Shown one piece after another: positions 22,571-34,589 of a stretch of DNA of 64,000 nucleotides. The notes below the pieces were generated by a model, which did no database searches, had not been told where the DNA came from, and saw nothing but the letters and a program-made list of their open reading frames with translations. Both the position numbers and the translations under genes were made by a program. This DNA comes from Oculina patagonica (Eukaryota): positions 23,250,001 through 23,314,000 of the forward strand of contig NC_135771.1 in NCBI RefSeq assembly GCF_052425735.1, given 5' to 3'. Each line of letters opens with the position of its first letter. The first letter of the stretch is position 1.

Positions 22571-25500
22571 GAGCGAATTTTTTTGTAGACCGCGTGAAAA
22601 CAAAAATATGCGGTACAAACTTCCAAAGTCATCTACCTTCATTTTTGGCTCAGAGATACCTTATGGTAAGTCGATAAACGTGGTGTATTTTTTTCGTTTA
22701 AATCTATTTTAATTTTCGAGAAAATATTCAGACACTGTAACGAGTGCCCGGCGACATAAAATGGCCGAAACAAGAGCGACGAACATGGTCACAAGAACTT
22801 AGCTCATCAAAAGCGTAAATTGAAGATGACCTTTCTCAAGTTTGTATATTTGTACAGGAGGCATTGACGAATGTTATGAGTCTAAAATAAGGATAATCAA
22901 CTGAACTATGAAATCCAGGCAGGCGTTTAAAAATCGCCATTTTCTCATTGTTTACAGATTTCATTTTGGAGACGTTTTTCACGAAGTACTTTTGCTATGC
23001 GGTATAACTCGGATTCGCCTGAAACTTTGGCTTAGATAAGTAGAAATGATGTACTTTTTAATTATATAAAAATTTGCTCTGGGCTTTTGATTTTATCCAA
23101 GAAATAGACCGTCCTACTTCGAAGAAATCGCTCGACAGTGACTTATGTAAACAAAGCAAATAATCGAATTACGCAGTACACTTTCTCTTAATATAGCCAA
23201 AATTCGAACACAATCTTATCATTTAGCTACACACGAGTTTATTTATTAATATTTTACTCTTACCTTGCAAAAGCAGTGGTAAAACATTGTTTTTCCCCAT
23301 TCCTGACATTCTTTTGTCGGCAAATTGCACGGGCAAGCGGCTATGTTGCTTATGATACAATCAGTCGATATTAGCAAAGGCCCTCGTAAACATGGTATTT
23401 CTTGACAATTTTAACCACATTTCAGGTTCCATACAGCCATTCGTGCAAGGGATTTGATAACACGATGAACAGATTCACTTAACGACGTTTTAAGCCTCAA
23501 ATGAGATGTTGTGAAATTCAAAGAACGGTTACATGTCATTGCTCGTGAACCCTCGTATTTGTCACGCAATGAGTCACGAACTCCCGGGGGGTGGGTGGGT
23601 ACTTTACAGGGGGATCCCTTCAAAGTCTGCATTTTTCAACTGCCATTTAGATACAGTCGACTCCCGATAACTCGAATTCACGTTTTAAAAGTTTTCTCAT
23701 GCTCTCTTGTTCGTCCACATGTGCAACCTCTCACTCGGTCATAAAAAAGCCGCTTTTTGAACTCCATTTTCCCTTTTATTTATTCAATACAAAATAATCA
23801 AGATGTACAGACTTGAAAAAGCACTGCATCTAGCACCAACGGTACGGTAATTTCTACAGGCTTTTTATTCCTGTTAAAATTATAATACTATTATACGGAA
23901 CCCCATCTGGGCGTGGTAAAAGATTTTTAATTTGACCCCGGAGCCGGATACCATTTCTATGTCTTATCAATGATCTGAAGACTGCCAACAAATCACGAGA
24001 GTATGTTTTACTTTGAGTGCAGCTCAAAACGGAACCTTTTTGGTTAAACTGACAGGCAGCCTGCCATGTCCTGAACACCCTATATGTGTGACCAAAATCC
24101 GTAACTTACCCATAATATGGGAGTTCACCCTTCCCGCTTCCAATACACAGAGGAGTCTGTCATAAACGTTTTTACTTTTATTCATTTTACTTTGGGGGGG
24201 GGGGGTGATCAACTTATCAGTACGAGATAACTAGGAAGGTCCCGCACACTTTTAACGGGATCGCGATAATGTTCGACTGCATTCACATAGGCCTGCATAG
24301 CAGGCGTCGGAAAGGGGGGTGGGGGGGAGGGGGGAGCTGGGAAGAGGGGAGAGAAAGAGGGAAAAAAACGTAGGGGGTTCTTAAGGCAGGCGTTCCCTCT
24401 TCCCCGTCTTTTTCCCTCCCCTTTTTACGCCTGCCGCGCAGGCTAGCATTCACTCGAATGCGGTGCTGTTTCAGCATATTATTACGTCAGGAAAACGTTA
24501 CATAATCGACATTTGTTATCAGACGGCGCTAAGCTCGATTTTATATATATCCGTCACCACCGTTGCCAGAATTTATCAGACTAAAACAGAGAAAAAGAAC
24601 AAATCACACTGTGTTAGGTTTCTCCTTTTTAAACTTAATAATATCGCATTTTATATAGCCACAATATTAAACGGACTGAGAACTGACTTACAATAAACCC
24701 CTTCTAGCTCGAATTCGATGACGATAACGCTCATTCATGAACATAGCGCACTCGAGGCGTCACAGTTTCTATCCTTCGAAGCTTCACTTATTGGGTAATT
24801 TACGATTCCGATTATAATTACATAGTTTCTGGAGGAAGAAAGTGGCATTTAAATTTTGAAAGAGTTTGGTCTTAAATATAATATTCATGAAAAATTGGAA
24901 TTCCGGACAATCGGAAATCTGGATAATCGAGGTTCGACTGTACTTTCTATAGAAAATTAACAAAAATCGCAGACTTACCAGACCCAGCAGGGACAAATAT
25001 GCCCGTACGTCGAAAGATCGTTCTCAAAAGCGCTTTGTTGATTTCCGGGGGGGACTCGCCTATGAAAGTGACGGGGGTATAAATTTTTGATATTTGGTCT
25101 CACTTAGGGTCTTCCGCGAAAAAATAGCAATATTTTCAGCCAAAATGGTCTCGTTCAGGGTTATACACGCAGAAATATACAAATAGCAATTCTATTTTTA
25201 GTTTTTTGGAGGCGTCTAGGGGTCAAGAAAAGCTAGAGCCACACCCAGATTGTTCTCTTTTAGGGGTTCTTTTCAAAATTTCTGACGAGCATCCCCGTCC
25301 GTTTCATACAGTCCCCCCGGGTGTTGATTCCGCGGTCAGACTTGCGTGATTTCCCTTTTTTGGCATGCCTCAATAATTCTGCGGGAACGCGGCACCGTTG
25401 CGAACCTCTTCTCCATCCATTGCCCAGAGAAAACCGATGAGCTGGGCAGATAGTAATGTCCGAAATATTCAAAGGTACATTGAAGATTGATGCCGCGCTA

Positions 25501-27255
25501 AAATGATATGAACGCAGAGGGAGTATAACAGAATTTCTTTCCGCAGCTCGACTTCGCATATCTTGGAGGCAGTATCCCCCAACTAATCTTTGAAAAGAGT
25601 AATTGATTTCCATTCTATACTCTGTAAAATTCTCTACTTATTAAAAGCACGAATCAACAAAATTAATTATCAGTTCTTGTTTGCTTTGGAAACTATGGCG
25701 CGACGCTCATTATATTGTTAGAGCTGCACCTAATCTAGTTTATTTTTCCTTTCTGATTTTTAAATAGAATCTCTGATATTTAAAAATGCTATTTCCACTT
25801 TGTTAAAACAAAAAATATGTGACCCCTTTCTTTAATCCGTGCCAGACCTTGACGTTAAAACCCCTCCCCAAAATAAAACCAAAAAATAAAAAAATAAAAG
25901 CTACTTCGAAAAAACAAAACAACCAAAAATACAGCTGCAGTACTCCGTTAAAAATGCAACAACAACGGCAACAGTTACTCAGTGACCTTCCCCGTTTCAG
26001 GTTTAATAATTTTTTTTCTATAGTATCTTTATGTGTGTTTTTTTTTAACGTGAAAACGTACTTTCATCTACATATGCCGTGACTTTTTTGAAAGGGTTTT
26101 TAGACTTTTTATTACCCCGTTTATGTGCCATTACGTTTATATTAAGCCCCACCAAAACCACGTACGAAGTTGTATAAATCCAAGGATTATAACCGAAAGT
26201 TTACGGTATTTCTCAAAGTACATAGCCCACCAAATTTAATTCAATGGGTAACCTCCCCTCAAGTGACATATCATTGCGTGACAGATGTCAAGCCGCCATT
26301 TTCGCTCTAGTTGATCTTCTGCAAAAACAACGGCCAAAACGCGGTTTTTAATCTGTGAAGCAAGTTTCTTCTATGAATTGGCCGTTTTCACTAAATGTGG
26401 TTGGAACTGTGAAGACCGGAATGCGGTGGCAAAGTTCTGGCAAAGTTATTGCTGATTTGAAATTCTCGGGAATTCTGAATACTGTGATTTGGTAAACACC
26501 GTTCGAGTGCTGGTAACGTATTTGAAACAAAAGTAGGATACAAAGCAATCTTCAACGAATTGTTACGCCAGGTAAGCTAAATATTGAGTTTTGGATCAAA
26601 TAGGGTGTTTACTAATAAGATTTTGTCGGAATTTTGGCTTTGAGAAGGGAAAGCGTAATTCGAGCCTTATTCGATTATTTGCGGTTGTTGACAAGTCGGT
26701 GTTGTGATTTCGTCCAAATTAAAAGGGGAAGTTCTTCGTAGCAATTAAAAGCCCAAGGCTGATTTTTATACCATTAAAAAGAACATCATTTCCGCTTATT
26801 AAAACCCAAGTCTTAAGTGATTCTGAGTTATACCGCATAGGAAAAGAGTTCTTTGAAAAAATGCTCCAAAATGAGATTTTTAAGCAATCAAATTTTTGTA
26901 ATTTTTAAACAGGCTCTAAATATTCAAATCGATCTTTGCAATACTGTTCTTAGACTCAAATCATTTGTAAATGCCTCCTTAACAAATACACAAAATCGAG
27001 AGAAGTCTGCTTTATTTTGCGCTTGTGAGCAGCATCATTCTTATGCTCTTAATCGTGGTATGAAATTCGACCATTTCATGGCAGTCGGCAGGCGTGACAG
27101 TTTTTATTTTTTTTCTGCCAAACAAAGATAGCTCTTAAAGAAAAAATCATAGCACGTTGATCGACTCACCATAAGGTATCTCTGAAAAAAAATTGAGGGT
27201 AGGCTTGTTTAAAATTTTGTACCACCTCTCACTCGGTCACGGGAAAAATTCGCTC
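22571..27255. mobile_element. Degenerate Sola3-like DNA transposon
   Basis: TTAA-GAGCGAATTTTT ... AAAAATTCGCTC-TTAA with imperfect TIRs extending ~440 bp (ctatgcggtataactc / gagttataccgcatag). GAG..CTC ends, TTAA TSD and long TIRs fit Sola3. Confidence 0.75.
25320..25613 (-). pseudogene. Fragment of probable transposase N-terminal Cys/His region
   Basis: ITICPAHRFSLGNGWRRGSQRCRVP..H..K..DRGI inside the Sola3-like element; family assignment is from memory and context only. Confidence 0.45.
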
Positions 27256-27964
27256 TTAAATATTTAAATCTTTTAAACCAAATATTGTTTGGCTTTATCC
27301 GTGAAGCAGCAGAGCAGCTTAGCCTTTTAGGCTGTGGCTCTGTGGGAATTCTTTCTCCGGGTGTTTCATTGGGAACTTAGGCTTAAAAAATAGACATTTA
27401 GAATTAAAATCTTTCATCTATCTCAAGTTGATTATCTCAATCATCAAGTTGAGTATTTAAACATGTTACATTTCAGTGTTTTGTTCCGGTTCTCTCGAGC
27501 TTCATCGTGTTTAGCCAAAAAGAAACGTTTTGCGAGTGAAAAGCCGTCATGCCTCCGGTATCTACAGTGGTATACTAGTGTGTTGTTTTGAGTCTTTTGT
27601 TTACATGGGTAATTTCGTATCAAGAAATGGGTCGAAAATTCGAAAACAATAGGTATTGTTAAGGTGTTTTGAGATGGCCATATTAGGTAGTCCCATGGTC
27701 GGCGTAAACAACAACCTGCTAATGCACGAGGGAGATTCAAAATTCCCGATTACTACACTCGCGGCAAATTCAAATCTTCGGCGAAAGCCGAGTTATGACT
27801 AATTTTCCCGGCGGAGAGGGCAAGAGTTAAATTTGACATGACGCAAACAGTGCCGCTGGGCTAGGCGGTCTGGGCCTTGACTCGGATGACGCAGCGAACG
27901 TACCTGTGGTCGAGAAAGCAGCTTTTTTCGCCCGAAAACACGGGTAAACGCATAACAAATAAAA

Positions 27965-28233
27965 TAATAATAATAAAATAAATAAATGGGAATTTACAGT
28001 GGGATCTTCCACAAGGTGGCTCTTCTTGATCCCACTAATTCCAGATCGAATTGGAATTTGGAAATGTTGGTTTTTGTGGAGGGAGGAAAACCGGAGAACC
28101 TGGAGAAAAACCCTCGGAGCAAGGACGAGAACCAACAACAAACTCAACCCACATATGGCGCCGGGCCGGAATCGAACCCGAGCCACATTGGTGGGAGGTG
28201 AGCGCTTTTACCACTGCGCCATCCCTGCTCCCC
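27965..28233 (-). mobile_element. tRNA-derived SINE (second family)
   Basis: Minus strand gggagcagggatggcgcagtggt (A box)...gggttcgattcc (B box)...tgtgggttgagtttgttgttggttctc, AT-rich simple-repeat tail. Confidence 0.8.
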
Positions 28234-28530
28234 ATGCATTTAAATCTCGCGCTGCATAAATAGCTTTCTAAAAAGATACTGCGTGCTTGCAAGTGCTTTT
28301 TGCAAGCCCGACTGTAAGTCTAAAGCCGCCAAATCACGCACCGCATATATTCGATTCCTTAATTACATAAAAACCATTCAAGTTGCACAATTAGAATATA
28401 ATCAAGATTATACTGTTTTTGAAGTAACGTAAATTTTAAACGAGTGTTTTGACGACAATAGAGCTTCATGCATAATAATAATAATAATAATATCAAAGTT
28501 TGCAAACCGCTGTAATTTGAATCCTTTGGT

Positions 28531-31432
28531 CCATGAGCTCCTTTGGACAACAAAATCGCCAGAGTCCACTGCTTGATGCACAGATGGGTGGTTCTGCTCG
28601 AGGGCTAACATGTCGCACAAACACACAGGAAGGTACCGTGCGTAATTAGTACGATCATAAGCAAACATCCACGGTAACATCTCTTTGACACACACAAGGT
28701 GTAAGCGCCAAATTCCTTCTCTCGTTGCCCGTATGAAGCGCAGTAGCAGGGTGACCATTTCAATGTAAGACTGCCAGAACTTTCCCATCTTGCCACTTGA
28801 TGACCTGTTGAAATCTTCAAAGCTTTGTAGGAGATCTTTAAGCTCTGGATTACCAGTAAGTGCTTGAATGTTGACAGATGTTGGGCCCTCTCTTACATTC
28901 TGTCGTGCTGCCTCTACAGCCTCTAGCTGGCGGGTAATGCTGCTGCGTTGAGATTCTCTGTTACACTGCATGAAGGCTTGCCAGTTGAGACGCATCAAGG
29001 CCTCGAGGACAACCTTGTGTATGCGAAGTGCACGGTTGTAGTGTTTCCCTTCTAACACGCCATTCAGTGACCCACTTCCAATTATTCTGGACTCTGTCAG
29101 AAGATCACGCAGCCCAGCGTCCCCGAAACGTTTTCCTATGACCGCAAGAAACACACAGGCAACATGGAAGTCTCCCATCATAAGCACTACGCTTTTGAAC
29201 TCTTGTTGTTGCTTCCATACGACTTCTAAAGCTTTTGCGTAGATTGCTTGATCTAACACAATTACTGTATCATCAAGGCCAAGACGGTTTGCCATAGTAA
29301 CAGACTTTTTGAGCAAAGTGTAGACTGTGGAAAGCTCGGTTGGCGACGCATCTATTAGCTGACAATAACCAACAACACTTTTACAGGGGACATCATTTCT
29401 GTTGACCACCATGTTGAACCCACTCCATCCCGGGACAGACTGCTGACTCTCTACTGTTGCGTCAGTAGTATCACCATCTTCATTCAAAGGAAGCCTTGAA
29501 AGAAACCATGCAAAATCTTTCACCTTTGCAGAACAGTGAGCATCTGCATTTTCTTTTACGAAATCAACAACTTGTTCTTCGTATGTTCCTGGACCACATC
29601 GTCTTCCTGCATTGTACTGATGAACCTAAACTAAAGTAAGAGCATATTATATTTGCTATCTAGCCAACCAATACTTGTACTTCACCAATGCTGTTTTTTA
29701 CAAACTACAAACTCTCTTTTCATAATAGTCAATCAAACAAAAAAATGAAACGAAAAATTACAATGTAATGTATTGTATCTTAAATGAAATAATTATAGTT
29801 TACTATGCGGAAAATTACCTGGCTTGGCACACTTTGTAGTGTGCGCCTTCCTCTCCGTCTGTCCTGTCTTTCTAGTGAAGGTGGTGGTTCACACCAGGCG
29901 ACTTGTCGCTGAACTATTATTCCATTTGTGCAATGGGTTGTTCCTTTGCCAGACAGAGTCTCCTCAAGGAGATCAATATTGTCCCAGCAGAACATGCTGA
30001 ACAAATTTGGCCGAACACTGCTTGGTAGTACCACCCCTTGGACCTCAGCCTCCATCTGCTTCTCTGCCAGTCCCGTCTCGATGGAAAGTACCTGCTCATA
30101 TGAAATGCCATGTCCAAAACGATTGAGCAAAGTTATTACCTCTTTACATCCGGTGAGATTCTTAACAGTTATTGGCAATGCTACATGTTTGGGTGTTTTT
30201 TGTCTCCCTTTGGAAACGTTGTAGATTAGGTCTTGGCCTAATGAGAGGATCAGACGATGAACAGCGGGATCATTTATGGTCACTTTCTCATTGTTCTCTA
30301 TTGGCTGAGTATCTTTGTCTTCAGTTAAAATCCAAGCAAGGAGATTGTAGAGGACATGTGGGAGAACTACACTATCTTGCGTGAGGTCAAGGTCAGTTGC
30401 ACAGGGAGGCCACGGCATTTTGATATCATGATTGATAAGGGCAGTACGGATGGTCTTTGCGCAGTGATAAACGTGGTGAACAGCTTCCTCATCTTCTTTG
30501 TCTCGACATATCTCTTCTTCAAAGCTTCGCTGGTATCCACACTCAACTACCTGCCCTTTGGGTACTTCGTCATAATACAACAACTCCGTCTCAGAACGAT
30601 GTCTTGGATGCCAAAAGCCCACCTTCTCACCAAACGATTTTATTAAACGACCTTTCAACTTTTCAGTGCGGTATTCTGGTCTAAATATGCCTCTACATGA
30701 GAGCAGTTCTACATATCTATCTCTGAGCGAAGACATCTTAACCACTTCGAATTCTTTAAACAGTTTATTTTCCAACTCATTCTTGAGTTCTTGAAATGCT
30801 TCCTCAAATATCTCATTTTCAATCTCATCACTTTCCTCCTTGCTCGCTTCTGAAATCTTCACGTTTGTATATTTTCGATAGCATGACCTGTGATAGCAAA
30901 CTTCTATCGCAATCAAATCTCGATCATGTAATTCCAGCACAATTCTCTGATCGCCCCTAATTTTTGCCGCGTTTAAAAGAGATTCTCCAGCAGTTCGTGT
31001 CTGGCACATTGTCAGGCTCTCCTTCCTTCTCCTATTTTTTGAGTCTACCTTTTCATCCTGACAGATTATACATCTTTTAATGTCCGTTAATTGAAGGGCA
31101 GAACGTGTCAGAGGAGTTTCTTTTTGCACCTCCGAAATGTCTTCTTCTTCGGATACCTCCTCTAATTTTCGCTTTTTAACAACTCGCTGGAGGTGAGATT
31201 TTGCCGTATACATTTGATAACACACACGATGATACCCACCAAAAGGACCAACATCCCACTTTTCTTGCATACTTTCATAGATTGAATCTTTTCGCAGAAA
31301 GGCTGACTCTTTGAACGTCTGCCAACTTATTTCAGTAAAAGATGTGATTGTGCCTTTGATGCCTTCTGTGTGACACAAGCATGATTTGCATGTACTGTTG
31401 GGCTGTGGTCTAGGATTCAAGCTGAATGCCAT
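28531..31432 (-). pseudogene. Academ transposase N-terminal and core fragment (exons 31432-29819, 29625-28531), 3'-truncated, no TIRs seen
   Basis: Stop-free ~900 codons across a phase-0 GT-AG intron. Motifs YHRVCY, CIICQ, YHRSCY, WDNID, GTTHCTNGI, VPGWSGFN, DQAIYAKA, MGDFH, GKHYNRA, FAYDRTNYARY. Confidence 0.85.
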
Positions 31433-31845
31433 TGTTATTCTATGTTGAAAATACAAAGCGACTACAGCTTTTTTTTCGAGGTTCGGAAAGGTAAACAGAA
31501 TTCCATTGATCGCTACCTTTAAATTAGGGAAAGAAAAAAGAAAAATCCTAATAATTAGGTAAAATCATTTGAAAATGATGTATCACTAACCTAATTTTTC
31601 ATCGATAGCAAGTTGGTACCTTTGGTACCTTTGGACCGACTTTGCCAGATCAGGTTGCCTTATAGCGTCTTCAACCAACACGAGGAACTCACTTTGTGCA
31701 TATATTACTTTCATCCTCTGGATTGGCTCTATCAACCATTCGAGGTAGTGAAATAAAATGCGGCCATTTTCTTTTATCAGATTATAAAGACACATAAATT
31801 AAAAGAAGATTTCATTCATTTTATGAAATTACTACACTCGATGCA

Positions 31846-33294
31846 CCGCATTTTATTTCACTACCTCGAATGGTTGATAGAGCCCTCGTCTGAGGCTTGG
31901 GTTCTAACTACGCCCTACTGGATGTGGGGACTTGGCTATTATCTTTACTAGAGTATTAAGACATAGAAACAGAGTATAATCAGTCTATAAAAATGAATGA
32001 CCAGCGTGATATACGTTGACTAAAACTTCTGGTCTTTCCTAGAATCCATGGATGAAATCATCTACACAATAGTCTGTTCGTCGTTACGCTCAATTGCTAA
32101 GTGTGTTATGACTTTTAACTTGGCCTTGCCAAAACAGTGATAATTAACCAGGCTATTTATTGACTGTTTCCTCCTTATCTTTTGTCTAGAGGCGACACAA
32201 AGACAGCTAAGCGACAAAACGCTTTTAATCTTAAGTTTACGACCAAACTCTGAGAAAGGTATGTGTTTGACGACAATAGAGCTTCATGCATAATAATAAT
32301 AATATCAAAGTTTGCAAACCGCTGTAATTTGCATTCCTTTGGTTTTTCTTTTTTCGAATTATATCAAATTTGAGGGTGCTTTACGATTGTAAGCAAGAAT
32401 GTTTTACAAAATGATAAAAAGCTAACGATGTAATCAATGTTATTTCTCTGGCAGTGCCTTTTCGATGGCAGATTTTAGTACCAAAACTATACAGTGTGCC
32501 TCGGGCAAATTACACCAAAATAGTGACCAACTAATTACAGCCGGTTCAGTTGTTGTTCAGGCAGAGTTTAGTCTTCTAAGGATAGAAGATATTTGAATCT
32601 AGAAAGAGCTATGAATATAGAAATTGGACTTGATGGATGTGCTTAAAGCTGAGTCTGAGTTTGATTGCATTCGCGAGGTTTAAATCGTTATAGAATATTC
32701 TCGTGGATAGCTTTTTCATACAAAGAGCTATTCTTCATCGGAGTACAAAGAATATATATGACGACGGTACGTCTGAATTAACCTCGCTGCTTTGCATCGA
32801 GTGTAGTAATTTCATAAAATGAATGAAATCTTCTTTTAATTTATGTGTCTTTATAAACTGATAAAAGAAAATGGCCGCATTTTATTTCACTACCTCGAAT
32901 GGTTGATAGAGCCCTCGCCTGAGGCTTGGGTTCTAACTACGCCCTACTGGATGTGGGGACTTGGCTATTATCTTTACTAGATGATTAAGACATAGAAACA
33001 GAGTATAATCAGTCTATAAAAATGAATGACCAGCGTGATATACGTTGACTAAAACTTCTGGTCTTTCCTAGAATCCATGGATGAAATCATCTACACAATA
33101 GTCTGTTCGTCGTTACGCTCAATTGCTAAGTGTGTTATGACTTTTAACTTGGCCTTGCCAAAACAGTGATAATTAACCAGGCTATTTATTGACTGTTTCC
33201 TCCTTATCTTTTGTCTAGAGGCGACACAAAGACAGCTAAGCGACAAAACGCTTTTAATCTTAAGTTCACGACCAAAACTCTGAGAAAGGTATGT
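31846..33294 (+). repeat. Near-identical ~420-bp direct duplication (31846-32264 vs 32876-33294)
   Basis: ccgcattttatttcactacctcg...ctctgagaaaggtatgt occurs twice. Confidence 0.9.
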
Positions 33295-33863
33295 AGACTT
33301 TTGGAAGCGGATGATTAAGTAATCATTTTTGAATTGTGATTTTTTTTAACAAACGCCTATCTTAATTTCTCATACGCGGTGCGTGGATTCGAACTTTGAT
33401 AAGTTTTTAATTTTTTCAGTTGTTGGTTCGTTTTCTATAGAGATCTATAGATAGTGCAAACGTAAATCTTTTGGCTGAAACGTTAAGCTGTTTAAGTATT
33501 AAAACTACAGATTGCACACCGCAAGACAGTTTGGAACGTCAACAAGAAACTGATGAGTGAATTCGAAAGAATGTCGCGAGTGAACGCATTTTTAAATTTT
33601 TAACGTGACGCTCAGTTTGGAACTGAAATGACGACGAACGACAAGAAAGCCGCCGTGAAATTACGACAGCGACAAAGATAATTTAAGCAAAGTAAACAGC
33701 GACATTGGCATTTTTTAAACTAGACATAAGTGATTGGTATTGTTATGCTCTAGAAAAAGCTAAATATTTTCAAGTGTTTTCACACAGTATGACAGGTTTG
33801 TTTGCCTTTCAAAAGGCAATAATGTACGTTGCGAACTGGCTGCAACTGAGACACCATTATAGA

Positions 33864-34589
33864 CATAGGCGTACGGGCACCTTCGGACCTGGGGGGGGGC
33901 GGAGACCTTGTTGCCCGAAAAAAAAAATGGCATGGGTTGAAAGCCGAATAAACAGGCATACGAAATGGACAACAGAACGTGCGTTAAATTAATCTCGTGA
34001 CGTTGCCCAAAGATGTCAATGCACTGAATCCTTTTTCTTCGGAAATTTTTTTTATTCACGTAAGTTCAGCAAAAATGAAAGTATTTTTAGGAGGCAATTT
34101 ACATTGTTTTCCCCCACTTGAAAGTTATTTAAAATGCGTGAAACATTTAGAAGATGAACGGGTTGAAACATATTGTTGAAAGTTTTGAGCTCACTTGAGT
34201 CAAAAGCATTAGCTTCCTTACATTTGTAACCGTATCGCAGCTTTGTTTTTGGGTCCACCGCTCGCAAACGTTCAAACTATGGAAAAGCTGATTGCAGCTG
34301 AATCGTGCAGAATTTGCGAGAAAATCGAATATGATTATAGCAATTTGCAAGATGAAACGAAAGCAGATTAATGAGAAATTTGGACTTTTGAACTACAAAG
34401 TTCGGTATATTTCCAATATTTTTTTCTGTTGATATAATTCGTTTTGATTGTAATTTTGAGGTTTGTCTGCTTATTTTTTTTTCTCTGGCTTGTTGCCCGA
34501 ATTCTTAGCGTTTTGCCCGAAAAATTTTGGCACTGGGGGGGCTGCAGCCCCCCTCGCCCCCCCCCCCCCCCCCGCCTCGTACGCCTATG
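33864..34589. mobile_element. Non-autonomous hAT-type MITE
   Basis: TIR cataggcgtacg / cgtacgcctatg with perfect 8-bp TSD attataga. Confidence 0.9.

Noticed and set aside
18400-31432. The two Academ ORF pieces as one split gene
   Set aside because: The C-terminal piece is enclosed by its own TIRs and TSD, the middle region is missing, and nothing shows they are the same family
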